A DNA stretch of 64,000 nt, from NCBI GenBank assembly GCA_963785235.1, contig CAWAUM010000003.1, positions 32,001 to 96,000 on the forward strand, written 5' to 3'. Origin of the DNA: an uncultured delta proteobacterium. Its GTDB lineage: Bacteria; Desulfobacterota; Desulfomonilia; UBA1062. Below the pieces are notes generated by a model. The model worked only from the letters and a program-made list of their open reading frames with translations. It ran no database searches and was not told where the DNA came from. This document shows, piece after piece, positions 39,680-52,351 of this stretch; position 1 is the first letter of the stretch, and the number at the start of each line of letters is the position of its first letter. A program made the position numbers and the translations under genes.

Positions 39680-40369
39680 CTATGAAGTTATGTCATTTGC
39701 CTTGTTCCATTTTCTATAAATCACCGGGACTAAAGCAAAAATACCGAGCAAGGCAAGAGAGGTGAGCACCCTGGGGCTGGATACCTGGCTGATGTTCTCG
39801 ATACTAGCCAGGCTTGCCCCTGCATTGGCAAAAACAAAACTGCCCGGGAGGATGCCTATTACTGTCCCGGCCAGATAGGTCCTGATTGAAAGACCGGTTA
39901 CCCCGCAGGCCAGGTTCACCAGGAAGAAGGGAAAAAGCGGAACGAGTCTGAGGAACAACAGGTAGGAAAGACCGTTTTTCGATAAACCCCTGTCAAATGC
40001 CTTCATCTTCTCCCCGAACCGCTTCATGACCCAGTCCCTGAGCAGGGTACGCGCCAGGAGAAAGGCCAGCAGAGCACCTGTGGAAGCCCCGATATTGACC
40101 CAGAGAGTCCCCATGGCAGCCCCGAATATGGCGCCCCCTGCAAGGGTCAATATGGCAGCCCCGGGTAGTGAGAGCGCTGTCTGTACGATATAGATCAGGA
40201 TGAATCCCAAAGTGAAAGCCGCCGTGTGGGACTGATAGGCAAGCAAAAGTGATTGTCTGTTCTCCTTCAAGCTCGACAGGGTCAAAAATTGCTGCAGATC
40301 AAGAATGTAGAAAAGAGCAATAGCCCCTGTCATCAAAAGGAGAATCATAAACCTTTTCTTCATATCCAT
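39680..40369 (-). CDS. TVP38/TMEM64 (DedA-like) membrane protein
   Basis: SLPGA.ILTL.GG..FG and LRLVP.FPF..VN motifs. Confidence 0.9.
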   Translation of the reverse strand: MDMKKRFMILLLMTGAIALFYILDLQQFLTLSSLKENRQSLLLAYQSHTAAFTLGFILIYIVQTALSLPGAAILTLAGGAIFGAAMGTLWVNIGASTGALLAFLLARTLLRDWVMKRFGEKMKAFDRGLSKNGLSYLLFLRLVPLFPFFLVNLACGVTGLSIRTYLAGTVIGILPGSFVFANAGASLASIENISQVSSPRVLTSLALLGIFALVPVIYRKWNKANDITS

Positions 40370-40545
40370 TACAATAGACTCACCCTGGCTTCTGCACAAG
40401 CGTAAGCATGTAATCAACACTATATGCATTGCATTTAAGGCAAACCTCCTTGAATTTTATATTTCTGAACGTACTATAATAGAAGGACATGGCTCCCATT
40501 CAATATAACGCCGGTCAATAAATTTATGGTAAAGGAGGAAAGCTC

Positions 40546-41157
40546 ATGAAGGTTCTGGTTGTATTCTATTCCATGTACGGACATATCTACCAGATGGCCC
40601 AGGCTGTGGTAAAAGGGGCCCATGAGGTAGATGGGGCGGTAGTGGAACTGAAGCAGGTCCCGGAGACGCTGCCTGATGATGTCCTTGCAAAGATGGGTGC
40701 CACTGAGGCACGCAAGGCATTTGCCCACATCCCTGTCTGTACTGCCGGTGAACTCGCCTCCTACGATGCCATCATCTTCGGTGCCCCCACAAGGTTCGGC
40801 AACATGTGCGGCCAGATGAGGCAGTTCCTGGACGGAACTGGCCAGCTCTGGGCTCAGAACACCCTGGTGGGCAAGGTGGGCAGTGTATTCACGAGTTCCG
40901 CCACCCAGCACGGCGGCCAGGAATCAACCATCCTGAGCTTCCACACCACCCTGCTCCACCTGGGCATGATCATCGTAGGCCTGCCGTATTCCTTTGACCT
41001 GCAGAAGGACATCCATGAGATTACGGGATGTTCCCCCTACGGGGCCTCCACCATTGCAGGAGGTGACGGGAGCAGACTGCCGAGTACCCATGAGCTCACC
41101 GGGGCACGCTTTCAGGGCAGGCATGCGGCGACCATTGCCGCCAAGCTCTTCGCATGA
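40546..41157 (+). CDS. wrbA: NAD(P)H:quinone oxidoreductase WrbA
   Basis: YSMYGH, PTRFGNM, QHGGQE and SPYGA motifs. Confidence 0.96.
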   Translation: MKVLVVFYSMYGHIYQMAQAVVKGAHEVDGAVVELKQVPETLPDDVLAKMGATEARKAFAHIPVCTAGELASYDAIIFGAPTRFGNMCGQMRQFLDGTGQLWAQNTLVGKVGSVFTSSATQHGGQESTILSFHTTLLHLGMIIVGLPYSFDLQKDIHEITGCSPYGASTIAGGDGSRLPSTHELTGARFQGRHAATIAAKLFA

Positions 41158-41170
41158 ACTCTTTACATAA

Positions 41171-42172
41171 TTAACCGCGGAGTCTCTTCTTGAGCTCCTT
41201 GATGAGCGCCATGCATACCTGGTTTGCATCCGCCACGATGGCTACATCCGCCATCTTCATCATGGCAGCGTTGGGGTTCTTGTTTATTGCGATAATGAAA
41301 CCGGCATCAATGATGCCGGCCGTATGCTGGATAGCGCCGCTTATGCCGAAGGATAGGAGGACCTTGGGCCTGATGTGCTTATCCGCCTGGCCCACAAGGG
41401 CTTCTTCGTCGGCCCATTTGGAATACACTACCGGCCTCGTGGCCCCCACCTCTCCCCCCAGGATCCTGGCAAGCTCGTAAAGGTTCTTGAATTTGCTCCG
41501 GCTGCCCATGCCCCTGCCACCGCACACAACAACCGCAGCCTCCTCGAGCTTCTGGGTTACGGGGGGTTTGCGCTCGGAGCTGATAAGGCGGATACGATCC
41601 TTAGGCAGATCATTGGGAAGAGGTATCCTTACAATTTCCCCTGTAGCCTGGTAGTTATGGGGGATTTCCTGGAAGATTCCAGGTCGCACCGTGGCCATCT
41701 GAGGCCTCTTCTCAGGGGTGATGATCTTGGTGAGCAGGTTGCCGCCAAAGGCGGGTGCTGTCTGTACAAGCAGCCCATCCTCGTTGATGTCAAGGCCCAC
41801 ACAGTCGGCAGTCAGACCTGCGCTGAGCCGTTTGGCTACCCGGGGCGCATACTCTCTGCCGAAGGTTGTGGCCCCCACCAGGATAATCTCGGGACGTTGG
41901 TCTTTGGCAAGGCGTTCCATAAGGGTGACATAGAGGTCGGTAGAATAGTCTTTGATGGACTCATCCTCAATCACATAGACCTTCTGTGCCCCATGGGCGA
42001 TATATTCACCCACCCATTCATCCACCTGGTGGCCGAACACGGTGGCACACACACATGCACCCAGCTTGGATGCAAGATCGGTAGCCCGCGAGAGGAGTTG
42101 CAGGGTTACCCGGTTCTGGAAATAATTGCGATAGTCCCCGAATACCCAGATCTCAGGTGCATGCAGTGTCAT
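41171..42172 (-). CDS. etfA: Electron transfer flavoprotein alpha subunit
   Basis: GLTADC, PQMATVRPG, GGRGMG, GATRP and GISGAIQH motifs. Confidence 0.93.
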   Translation of the reverse strand: MTLHAPEIWVFGDYRNYFQNRVTLQLLSRATDLASKLGACVCATVFGHQVDEWVGEYIAHGAQKVYVIEDESIKDYSTDLYVTLMERLAKDQRPEIILVGATTFGREYAPRVAKRLSAGLTADCVGLDINEDGLLVQTAPAFGGNLLTKIITPEKRPQMATVRPGIFQEIPHNYQATGEIVRIPLPNDLPKDRIRLISSERKPPVTQKLEEAAVVVCGGRGMGSRSKFKNLYELARILGGEVGATRPVVYSKWADEEALVGQADKHIRPKVLLSFGISGAIQHTAGIIDAGFIIAINKNPNAAMMKMADVAIVADANQVCMALIKELKKRLRG

Positions 42173-42180
42173 GGACTCCC

Positions 42181-43002
42181 CTACCCCTCCCACTTGAGAT
42201 CTTTTCTGATGACTCCGCCTATCCTGGTCTCAAAGCGCTCAAAGAGCTCCTCTACAATCTTTTTAGGGGCTCCCTTGAGCACGATGTTCTCCTTTTGCGC
42301 CCTAGGCGTATACACGTCGATTATCTTGGTAGGAGAACCCTTTGTTCCGAGAACAGCCGGATCGAGACCCAGGTCTGATGCGCTCACCGCCAGGATGTTG
42401 AGGTCTTCGAAGGCGTCCTGCAATCCGGACAGTGGGATATAACGCGGCAGGAAGTGCTGGGTGTTTATGCTCACCAGGCAGGGCATGTCCATGTCAAGCG
42501 TTTCGAGGAAGTTGTCGGAAAGCCGTTTGACCCTCATGGTCCTGGATTTCAAATCCAGGTGATCCACATAGGATATTTCTGGTATGTTCAGCTCCTCGGC
42601 AAGCTGCGGTCCTACCTGGGCGGTCTCGCTGTCCGTTGTGTGGCATCCGCATAAGATAAGATCAAAGTCGGAACAGAAGATCTCAATGGCCCGCGCCAAG
42701 GTATAGGATGTAACATGGGTATCCGCACCCGCCATGGCCGCATCGGTGAGCATAAGGCATCGATCCGCACCCATAGCGATAGCCTCTCTGAGGATCTCCT
42801 CTGCGATGGGTGGGCCCATGGTAATGGCGGTGATATGCCCGCCATGCTCCTGTTTGAGCGTAAGTGCAGCCTCAAGGGCATGTTTGCAGGCAGGGTTCAT
42901 CATGCCGTCCGCAAGGTCCCTCCGCAGCGTCCCTCTCTTGGCATCCCAGGGCAGCTCGGTTGCCATGGGGACCTGCTTGATGCATACAATCATCTTTACC
43001 AT
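42181..43002 (-). CDS. etfB: Electron transfer flavoprotein beta subunit
   Basis: CIKQVP, TMGPP, GADT..T, TAQVGP and GSPT motifs. Confidence 0.93.
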   Translation of the reverse strand: MVKMIVCIKQVPMATELPWDAKRGTLRRDLADGMMNPACKHALEAALTLKQEHGGHITAITMGPPIAEEILREAIAMGADRCLMLTDAAMAGADTHVTSYTLARAIEIFCSDFDLILCGCHTTDSETAQVGPQLAEELNIPEISYVDHLDLKSRTMRVKRLSDNFLETLDMDMPCLVSINTQHFLPRYIPLSGLQDAFEDLNILAVSASDLGLDPAVLGTKGSPTKIIDVYTPRAQKENIVLKGAPKKIVEELFERFETRIGGVIRKDLKWEG

Positions 43003-43021
43003 ATACGTGTTTCCCTTGCCC

Positions 43022-44170
43022 TTATGTCAGCTCATTCATCACGGCGCGCGAGATAACCAGTCGCTGGATCTCGCTGGTGCCTTCATAGATCTCAGTGACC
43101 TTGGCATCCCTGAAATACCGTTCCACGTCATATTCCTTGCTGTAGCCATAGCCGCCATGAATCTGTACAGCCTTATTGGTTACCGTCGAACTTACCGTAG
43201 AGCTGAAGAGTTTGGCCATAGCCGCCTCTTTGCCATAGGGCTTGCCGGCGTCCTTCAAGGCACAAACCCGGTAAACCAGGAGCCGTGCCGCATCAATATC
43301 AGTTGCCATGTCTGCAAGCATGTTCTGAATGGATTGAAATGCAGCGATAGGCTTCCTGAATTGCTGGCGCTCCTTGGAATATTTGACCGAGGCCTCAAAA
43401 GCAGCCTGGGCTATTCCCAAAGCCTGTGCAGCAATACCGATCCGGCCGGCATCAAGGGTTGCCAGGGCGATCTTGATCCCGTCACCGATCTTGCCCAGGA
43501 GGTTCTCCTTTGGCACACGGCAGTCCTCGAAAAACAGAGAAGACACCGGGTTTGCCCTCATGCCGCAGAGATCTTCAATCTCGCCGACAGAATAGCCGGG
43601 CATGTCTTTTTCCAGGATGAAAACACTTGCGCTGCGTGCGGGTTGCGCTGCATCGGTCACGGCAAAGATGAGCGGCAGCGAGCACACTCCGCCATTGGTG
43701 ACGAAGATCTTGGTGCCATTGATTAGGTATCCGCTTCCGGATGCCACTGCATGGGTTTCAACACCCGAGGCATCCGAGCCTGCATTTGCCTCGGTCAGAC
43801 AGAAGGCGCCAATGCACTCTCCGCTTGCAAGCCTGGGGATAAAGCGCTCTTTCTGCTCATCTGTGCCGAAATGCACGATGGGATATATACCCACGCTGTT
43901 ATGGACAGTTACACATAGCCCCATGGCGCCGCTGACACGGGATATCTCTTCAACAGCAATGGCGTAGCTGATACTGTCGAGGTCTGCACCACCGTATTCT
44001 TTGGGGACTTGCAGTCCGAAGAAGTTCAATGGCCGCATTTTCTCCACAACTTCCCAGGGGAAGCGGGCATCCCTGTCCATCTCATGGGCAATGGGTCCGA
44101 GCTCTGCCTCGGAAAATTCACGGACCGCCTTACGGACCAGTTTGTGCTTCATGCAGGGATCTAATCTCAC
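43022..44170 (-). CDS. Acyl-CoA dehydrogenase (butyryl-CoA dehydrogenase-like)
   Basis: FCLTE.NAGSD, GRIGIAAQ, QIHGGYGY and IYEGTSEIQR motifs. Confidence 0.93.
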   Translation of the reverse strand: MRLDPCMKHKLVRKAVREFSEAELGPIAHEMDRDARFPWEVVEKMRPLNFFGLQVPKEYGGADLDSISYAIAVEEISRVSGAMGLCVTVHNSVGIYPIVHFGTDEQKERFIPRLASGECIGAFCLTEANAGSDASGVETHAVASGSGYLINGTKIFVTNGGVCSLPLIFAVTDAAQPARSASVFILEKDMPGYSVGEIEDLCGMRANPVSSLFFEDCRVPKENLLGKIGDGIKIALATLDAGRIGIAAQALGIAQAAFEASVKYSKERQQFRKPIAAFQSIQNMLADMATDIDAARLLVYRVCALKDAGKPYGKEAAMAKLFSSTVSSTVTNKAVQIHGGYGYSKEYDVERYFRDAKVTEIYEGTSEIQRLVISRAVMNELT

Positions 44171-44372
44171 GTTATATTCGCCTATTTGTTCGATTTCTTA
44201 AGCGTTAAGCCAACGACTTGGCGCGAACCATAGCCTAAAAAAGGTCATAATTCAAGGGCTCAGCGAAGTGTTTTAAACTTAGATTTCACGTTTGAATGTA
44301 AGCATTCTTTATATGCCCCAGGAGGCCTTAAGCAAAAACACATAGTGCCACGGAATTTTTTTTAAAAATAGG

Positions 44373-44458
44373 TCCGTTCAAAACATCAATCTTGCAGCCT
44401 TGAAGGTCCGATAAAACTAACTTTCCATGAAGGCTGCAAGATTGATGTTTTGAACGGA
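44373..44458 (+). repeat. Palindromic interspersed element copy B (perfect 29-bp arms, 28-nt loop)
   Basis: TCCGTTCAAAACATCAATCTTGCAGCCTT / AAGGCTGCAAGATTGATGTTTTGAACGGA. Confidence 0.92.
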
Positions 44459-44560
44459 TCAGGTTTTTGACTTATCTTATATCCAATATCTGGGACAAAA
44501 AAGAACTATTGGATAATTATTCTGAGCTGAATTGATCAACTAACTGAATATTATTTAGTT

Positions 44561-45919
44561 TTAACGGGCTTTTCTTATCTTCGGGGATTCAGGGCTTGGA
44601 GATTCTTTACCGCAGGACACAAAACAGTTTCTCTTCTCTTTTGCCTTGTACATAGCGCAATCAGCATTATTCAGGAGGACATCCGCATCCTGTCCATCTT
44701 CAGGATAGGTGCTGGCACCAATACTCGGTGTCACAAAATCAATCTTAATACCCTGGATTGTATAAGGTTTGGATAAAGTCTTCAGAATCCGTGCACCAAC
44801 TTTATCAATATTTGTCTTTACAGGACCTCCAAGAATTATGGTGAATTCATCACCTCCCAGCCTGCTTACGTAGTCTGTATCACGAAGTATCTCAGTCAGA
44901 CGTGTCGCTACCTGCATAAGCAGCTTGTCACCAACCTCATGGCCATAGACATCATTGACCTTCTTGAAGTGGTCCAGGTCTATGAACAGGAGGGACCTGA
45001 AGTTCTCATAACGTTTGGCATCACGGAGTACCTCGTCTAGCCTTTCAAGAAAGGCCTTGCGGTTATGCAGTCCGGTCAGCGCATCATGGTAAGCCAGGTA
45101 TGCAAGCTCCTGTTCGGTCTTCTTGCGATCCGTGATATCCCTGACTATGCCGCAGAAACCAACAGGGTCTCCATCCCTGTTACGCTGGAGAGAAACCGAT
45201 GCCTCGACATACATTGTCGATCCATCTTTCTTGATCAGTTCCCAGTCAAAGGATTTAGTTGGAGTGCCGGAGACAAAGACATTGTGAAATGTCTCGAATA
45301 CACGCTTCGCATTGGCATCATCGACATATTTTTTATAGCTGAGCCCAACGCACTCATCATATTCATACCCGAGTTGCTGTGGGATATTGTCGTTAAAGAA
45401 GGTAAAGCTTCCCTCCAGATCCACTTCAAAATATCCATCCTCAATGGAATCAAGGATTGACCGGAACCTGATCTCGCTCTCAATGAGGGCCTGTTCAGTC
45501 TCAAGCATATCCGTTACATCCCGCGCAATACCCTGTATAGTCATGGTACCATCGGGATACGTAAATACGTAGTCCTTGTGCTCGACAATACGCTTCCGGC
45601 CTGTCTTTGTAACCAGCCCGATGAGCCCTTCATCGCGTCCATGTTCAACCACCCTGCTTAAATAACCATGAAACTGCCTCTGATACTCCTGTGATAAAAG
45701 ATCCTTTACGTTATGGCCGATCAGTTCTTCTCTGCTGTAACCAAGGAAACCCACAAACCGTGGGCAAATGCCAATAAAGATACCATTAAGATCATGTTCG
45801 AAGATGAACTCATTTACGCTGTTGTAGACTTCAGTACATATATCCGTACTATCACAGGAAGCCCTCTTGATCCGGGCTATTTTCTGAGCGATATCCTCAT
45901 GGGTAAGTTTGTCGAACAA
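44561..45919 (-). CDS. PAS-PAS diguanylate cyclase
   Basis: Two PAS/PAC units (RDVT, RDIT); D.LTGL.NR, DLDHFK.VND and RLGGDEF motifs. Confidence 0.93.
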   Translation of the reverse strand: MFDKLTHEDIAQKIARIKRASCDSTDICTEVYNSVNEFIFEHDLNGIFIGICPRFVGFLGYSREELIGHNVKDLLSQEYQRQFHGYLSRVVEHGRDEGLIGLVTKTGRKRIVEHKDYVFTYPDGTMTIQGIARDVTDMLETEQALIESEIRFRSILDSIEDGYFEVDLEGSFTFFNDNIPQQLGYEYDECVGLSYKKYVDDANAKRVFETFHNVFVSGTPTKSFDWELIKKDGSTMYVEASVSLQRNRDGDPVGFCGIVRDITDRKKTEQELAYLAYHDALTGLHNRKAFLERLDEVLRDAKRYENFRSLLFIDLDHFKKVNDVYGHEVGDKLLMQVATRLTEILRDTDYVSRLGGDEFTIILGGPVKTNIDKVGARILKTLSKPYTIQGIKIDFVTPSIGASTYPEDGQDADVLLNNADCAMYKAKEKRNCFVSCGKESPSPESPKIRKAR

Positions 45920-46341
45920 ATTACATCACCCTTGGTTGAGGCATTGATTTCAGATAATAAAAAGCATACTGCCCCTGGCATCCGTAAAAAAAGGACAATG
46001 TCTTCAATTTCATCAATTTCTCCCGCAATTATATACAGAGCAATTGTGATTAATATCGGGAAAACAATTGTAAAACATTATTATTTTTAAGATGTATCAG
46101 AGATCATTCAAACAAAGGCCTGTGATTTCAATCTGTAAGGATCATTTTATGTAACTATTCAATTTAACTTATTTTATTATATATTTACTAAGATACTTTG
46201 CCCCTCTTGACTTGGCACATGTGGGGCTTATCATATATGGCAAGCCTTGGGATTTCATTTCAAAGGGAATATCCCCATAGACCCTCGCTTGAAATGTGCC
46301 CGAGGCTTTCATTAAGGATGACGTCATCTGTTATTTATCTG

Positions 46342-46659
46342 TTATTTATCGCGGTGGGACTTGTGACTCTTTTCATAATGCGCATCAAGTATCTTTTTGA
46401 CTGTAGAGCCCTTCTTTTTAAGGACTTTGGAGCCTCGGGTGATCTTGCAAAGGCTGATTCGATATCGTAATGCAATGCTCCTTTGTGTCTTGCCTTCATA
46501 AAGCTCTTTAAGGAGCTGCCATCTCAGGGTAAGGTCGCGAAGTTCTTTCTCGGTAAAGATCTCCTCGAAGAGCGTAATCATCTCCTGATAATCCATAATC
46601 TCGGCAAAGACCTTCTCAAGCTCATGTTCCGGGTCCTTAATTATCTTGCCTGTTGACAT
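46342..46659 (-). CDS. TrpR-like (YerC/YecD) repressor
   Basis: T.KEL.....RW and TQRSIA....ISLCKITRGS motifs. Confidence 0.85.
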   Translation of the reverse strand: MSTGKIIKDPEHELEKVFAEIMDYQEMITLFEEIFTEKELRDLTLRWQLLKELYEGKTQRSIALRYRISLCKITRGSKVLKKKGSTVKKILDAHYEKSHKSHRDK

Positions 46660-46712
46660 AATAAAAGACGTATCTGAAAGGCCATGGTGCTGTCAAAGAT
46701 TTTTTACCTTCA

Positions 46713-46740
46713 TTGACACGTAGGATGTATTATATATAAT
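46713..46740 (+). promoter_or_regulatory. Sigma70-type promoter of xth
   Basis: TTGACA-N16-TATAAT. Confidence 0.7.
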
Positions 46741-46785
46741 CCTGCTACACTAAAATGGTACAATCCTATACCTAAGGATATTTGC

Positions 46786-47541
46786 ATGAAACTGATCTCA
46801 TGGAATGTAAACGGCCTCAGGGCAGCTCTGAAGAATACCTTCATCGAAAGTGTTAAAGAAATGAAACCTGATATCCTGTGCCTTCAGGAGACCCGGGTCT
46901 CTCAGCATGAGATTAACGTTGGCCTCGATGGCTATCAGCAGTATTTCAACAGCGCAAAAAAAAGGGGGTATTCCGGAACTGCTGTCTTCACCACGACTCC
47001 ACCCGAAGCCGTATCCTATGGATTAGGCATGGCCGAGCATGACAGCGAAGGCCGTGTCATTACACTGGAATTCAAAGATTTTCAGCTGGTGAATGTCTAC
47101 ACCCCCAATGCCCAGCATGAGCTCTTACGTCTCGATTACCGCCAGAAATGGGATGTGGATTTCCATTCGTTCTTAAAGGAACTGGAGTCCAAAAAACCCG
47201 TGATCTTCTGCGGTGACCTGAACGTGGCACACAAAGAGATCGACCTTAAAAACCCCAAGGCCAACCAGCACAACCCCGGATTCACCATGGAAGAGAGGCG
47301 TGGTCTTGACAGGTACATTGAAAGCGGCTTCATCGATACCTTCCGCGAGTTCAACCAGGAATCCGACAACTATACCTGGTGGTCTTACCGGTTCAATGCC
47401 AGGGCTAAAAACATTGGGTGGCGCATAGACTATTTCTGCATCTCAAAGGCCCTCAGACCGAGGCTCAAGGACGCCTTTATCCTCAAGGCTGTCATGGGTT
47501 CCGATCATTGCCCGGTTGGGATTATACTGGAAGATTCATAA
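46786..47541 (+). CDS. xth: Exodeoxyribonuclease III / AP endonuclease
   Basis: SWNVNG, LQET, GDLNVAH, YTWWSY, GWRIDY and SDHCP motifs. Confidence 0.96.
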   Translation: MKLISWNVNGLRAALKNTFIESVKEMKPDILCLQETRVSQHEINVGLDGYQQYFNSAKKRGYSGTAVFTTTPPEAVSYGLGMAEHDSEGRVITLEFKDFQLVNVYTPNAQHELLRLDYRQKWDVDFHSFLKELESKKPVIFCGDLNVAHKEIDLKNPKANQHNPGFTMEERRGLDRYIESGFIDTFREFNQESDNYTWWSYRFNARAKNIGWRIDYFCISKALRPRLKDAFILKAVMGSDHCPVGIILEDS

Positions 47542-47543
47542 CA

Positions 47544-48276
47544 TCAATCCCCATCAAACTCTCCCCTGAGGTACATGAGCCTTTTGTCCTCAGGGAACCG
47601 TTCAATGGCATAACGGAGCATGGTCCGCGGCATGGTTTTGCTGTGCAGTCTTAAAAATGTCTCCTCTACCGGAAGATCCCGCTTGCCAATCTCCCGGAGC
47701 ATCCAGCCGCATGCCTTGTGTATGAGGTCTTCCTTGTCGCCCAGAAGCGACTCTACAAGAGACAGCGTTAAAGAGAACTGGCCCTTCCTGATGAAATGGA
47801 AGGTCGCCATAACTGCTATACGTCTTTCCCAGAGGATCTTGGAATGTGCGAGCTGTACCAGCTGTTTCCTGTCCCGGTTAAACAGATGGGCACCCATAAT
47901 GTGCTCTGCGCTTAAATCCACAAGGTCCCAGTTGTTAATGAATACGGATATTGTCCAGATAGAATCGGTAGATCTTCTCTTTCATCATCTCATCACTTTT
48001 ATTATAAGATCTCACAAGGATGAGTAATGCCAGCAACCGCTCCTCATGGATAGAAGACCTCATGAGTTCAAGGACCTCTTCAAATCTCAACTGTTCATAA
48101 GTGCGGACCAGAGATCTTAATTGAGGCATACGAAGGCCCATGAATATGTCCCCTTCGCCATATTCACCCGGACCGGTCTTAAAAAAACGCTGGAGTATCC
48201 TGGCATGAGAATCATCCTTGATCTCACAGAGTTTCCGGCGGATTTCACGGATCATGGAATTATCTTCAGTGACCAT
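47544..48276 (-). CDS. AlkD-like DNA alkylation repair protein; +1 indel near 47942
   Basis: FFKTGPGEYGEGD, INNWDLVD, LIHKA.GWMLRE and PRTMLRYAIE motifs across two frames. Confidence 0.88.
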
Positions 48277-48289
48277 TATGATTATTTTT

Positions 48290-49045
48290 CTACCAGCTGA
48301 ACTTCTCTCGCTCCACAGAGTCAGGCGCCACGCCAAGCTTCTGAAGATCATTCATCGCAGATTCCATCATGGGGGGAGGGCCGCATAGGTAAAAGGCTGC
48401 ATCACTGACAACACCGTGCTTTTTCAAAATATCTTCGCTTAAGCGCCCCTTTTCGTAAAAAACATTTGCATACTGTGTATCAACATACCTGCCCACATCG
48501 TCATCACGGCTCAGGCAATGAACAACATTAAGGCTGAGTTCCCCAGACATCTGTTTTATCTCTTCTGTTGATAAAATATCTTCAATGCCCTTATTGGCCC
48601 ACAAGAGTGTTACCTTGTTAGGCCCTTTGATATTCCTGAAGTGACGGAGCACACTCAAGAAGGGTGTTATGCCGACTCCTCCGGCGATCATGACAATGGA
48701 AGGCTCCGCATCGATATCTTTGCAAAATACCCCTAAAGGCCCCATGCACTTCACCGGGGCGCCCGGCTTAAGCTCACCAATAGCAGAGGTGAATTTTCCA
48801 ACCTTTTTGATGGTAAAGCGCAGCAGGGCATCTTCAGGCGCAGCTGAGATCGTGAACGGATGGGGCTCGCTCCAACCGTCAGGCCTCATGATTCGAATGG
48901 AGGCATACTGTCCGGCCTTTCTAAGTATAAATCCTTCACCGGATCCTTCCAGGTAAAGGGAGTTAGTGTCATGGTTTTCGGGGACAACCTTGACCACCTT
49001 CCAGATGTTCTTCTGTTCCTGGCCTGCTGTGGGTGTATCCATCAC
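48290..49045 (-). CDS. FNR-like FAD/NAD(P)-binding oxidoreductase
   Basis: HPFTIS, GKFT, AGGVGITP, YLCGPPPM and EKF motifs. Confidence 0.9.
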   Translation of the reverse strand: MMDTPTAGQEQKNIWKVVKVVPENHDTNSLYLEGSGEGFILRKAGQYASIRIMRPDGWSEPHPFTISAAPEDALLRFTIKKVGKFTSAIGELKPGAPVKCMGPLGVFCKDIDAEPSIVMIAGGVGITPFLSVLRHFRNIKGPNKVTLLWANKGIEDILSTEEIKQMSGELSLNVVHCLSRDDDVGRYVDTQYANVFYEKGRLSEDILKKHGVVSDAAFYLCGPPPMMESAMNDLQKLGVAPDSVEREKFSW

Positions 49046-49343
49046 ATATCCTCCTCACATAATGCCTATGAATATGTCCTTATATTCAGAATGCAGATAA
49101 GAGACCATAAGCACCTTCCATTAATCATATCACGGTTGTGGCTAAATGACGAGCTCTGCACTCACTTGATTATCATGCAATGTGTTGGTACGCAGCTATA
49201 CTGGCAGATAAATTATCCGGTGAAAAAGATGTATCATGCATAATTACCGTGATCATGCCTTACTGCCTCACGGCAGATCAACACCATTGAGCATGGCAAG
49301 TTAATGTAAGTCAGAATCCTTGTGATTTGGTAGTTACTTGGCG

Positions 49344-49868
49344 TTATGCCCCATCAAGCCCGTGATGCTCCATCTCTCTGAACCAGGCCTGCGGGTCTTT
49401 CAAATATTCCTCGATATTCTTGAGGTGGATAAAATTTTCCTGCTCTGAAAGCGCCATGGCCTTAAGCATCTCCTTGCCGGCCGGGTCTTTGAGGGCCTCA
49501 TACGAATTGGATAAAAACCGTGTGGTCTTTCTGACGAACCTTGCCGCAATATCTATGGCCGTAAGGTCATCGAAATCTGCCAGGGCCTTGTCCATACTCT
49601 CGGTAAGCTTCTCCTCATCGTCATCATAGTTGATGCTGCCGATGCTTGCCATCTGGGCCTGACCGACAGTTTTCCCTTTACTTGAAAGCTGTTCATGAAG
49701 ATCTTTCAAGCTCTGGTAATTTTTTTTGCCCTTGTCGGCATAATCATTAAAAACTGCCTTTCCAAGCGGGCTTTTGATACGTTTTGACAGACGTTTGAAG
49801 AATGCAACCTCTCGTCGTTCGCTCTCAAGGGCTTCTTCTATAATGGATAGGGTGTGTGAGCTGTACAT
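49344..49868 (-). CDS. Ferritin/rubrerythrin-like protein with degenerate metal ligands
   Basis: ALESER....F pattern; C-terminal EYLKDPQAWFREMEHHGLDG; the expected E..H ligands appear altered. Confidence 0.7.
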   Translation of the reverse strand: MYSSHTLSIIEEALESERREVAFFKRLSKRIKSPLGKAVFNDYADKGKKNYQSLKDLHEQLSSKGKTVGQAQMASIGSINYDDDEEKLTESMDKALADFDDLTAIDIAARFVRKTTRFLSNSYEALKDPAGKEMLKAMALSEQENFIHLKNIEEYLKDPQAWFREMEHHGLDGA

Positions 49869-50148
49869 AAAAACCTTCCTTTCGATATGAACTGTTCATT
49901 CCATCCAATTACATATCTTACCAAAATAACGAGATAAAATAAAGGATTTTTTCACAATTGAATTATTTCTCTGCAGAAAAGGCGTAACTATACGGCAATA
50001 GATCAATTATTGTTACATATATTACTCGACCTTCGCACCCCTAAATCATGAGATGTGTCTAGAGAATTTATTCCATTGAGTCCCTTAAAAAGGATATGAA
50101 ACGTAAGTCATAGGTATTGACATCCAGGAGATGATATATTAATTCATA

Positions 50149-50175
50149 TTAGCACTCATTAATGATGAGTGCTAA
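50149..50175 (+). promoter_or_regulatory. CIRCE element (HrcA operator)
   Basis: Perfect TTAGCACTC-N9-GAGTGCTAA upstream of groES; TTGACA at 50117. Confidence 0.96.
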
Positions 50176-50215
50176 TAGTTACAGAAAAATCTTTTCTTCT
50201 CAAAGGAGGACTATA

Positions 50216-50506
50216 ATGAAGATTAGACCATTGCATGACAGGGTTATTGTCAAGAGGATCGAAGAAGACCAGAAGACTAAAGGCGGCATAATAATTCCCG
50301 ACACCGCCAAAGAAAAGCCCCAGATGGGTGAAGTGATTGCAGCAGGTTCGGGAAGAAAATCCGAAGATGGAAAACTCGTGGCGCTCGATGTAAAAAAAGG
50401 CGACAAAGTACTCTTCTCAAAGTATTCAGGCAATGAGATCAAGATTGATGGAGAAGAGCTGTTGATCATGAAAGAAGATGACATTCTTGGTATCTTTACG
50501 AAATAA
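50216..50506 (+). CDS. groES: Co-chaperonin GroES
   Basis: [10 protein letters not shown] and [13 protein letters not shown] motifs; AGGAGG RBS. Confidence 0.98.
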   Translation: MKIRPLHDRVIVKRIEEDQKTKGGIIIPDTAKEKPQMGEVIAAGSGRKSEDGKLVALDVKKGDKVLFSKYSGNEIKIDGEELLIMKEDDILGIFTK

Positions 50507-52153
<1,647 letters not shown>

Positions 52154-52164
52154 TATTTCAAACG

Positions 52165-52200
52165 AAAAGCGGGGGCGGTGCTAATGCCGTTCCCGCTTTA
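52165..52200 (+). terminator. Terminator of groESL
   Basis: AAAGCGGGGGCGG...CCGTTCCCGCTTT. Confidence 0.7.
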
Positions 52201-52351
52201 TTCCAAATTTTGCAATTAAATGTACCCGTGAATACTCTTCTCATTCCGGTTGGTCTTAATCATAAAACTCATTGTGACGATTACATGAACGAATCAAAGT
52301 ATTGCCTTGTACTGAAATAAGGGACATATAGATATAGTTAAGGATATAACA

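Noticed and set aside
44331-44350. Sigma54 promoter for acd-etf (TGGCAC...TTGC on the minus strand)
   Set aside because: GG-to-GC spacing is 14 rather than 10
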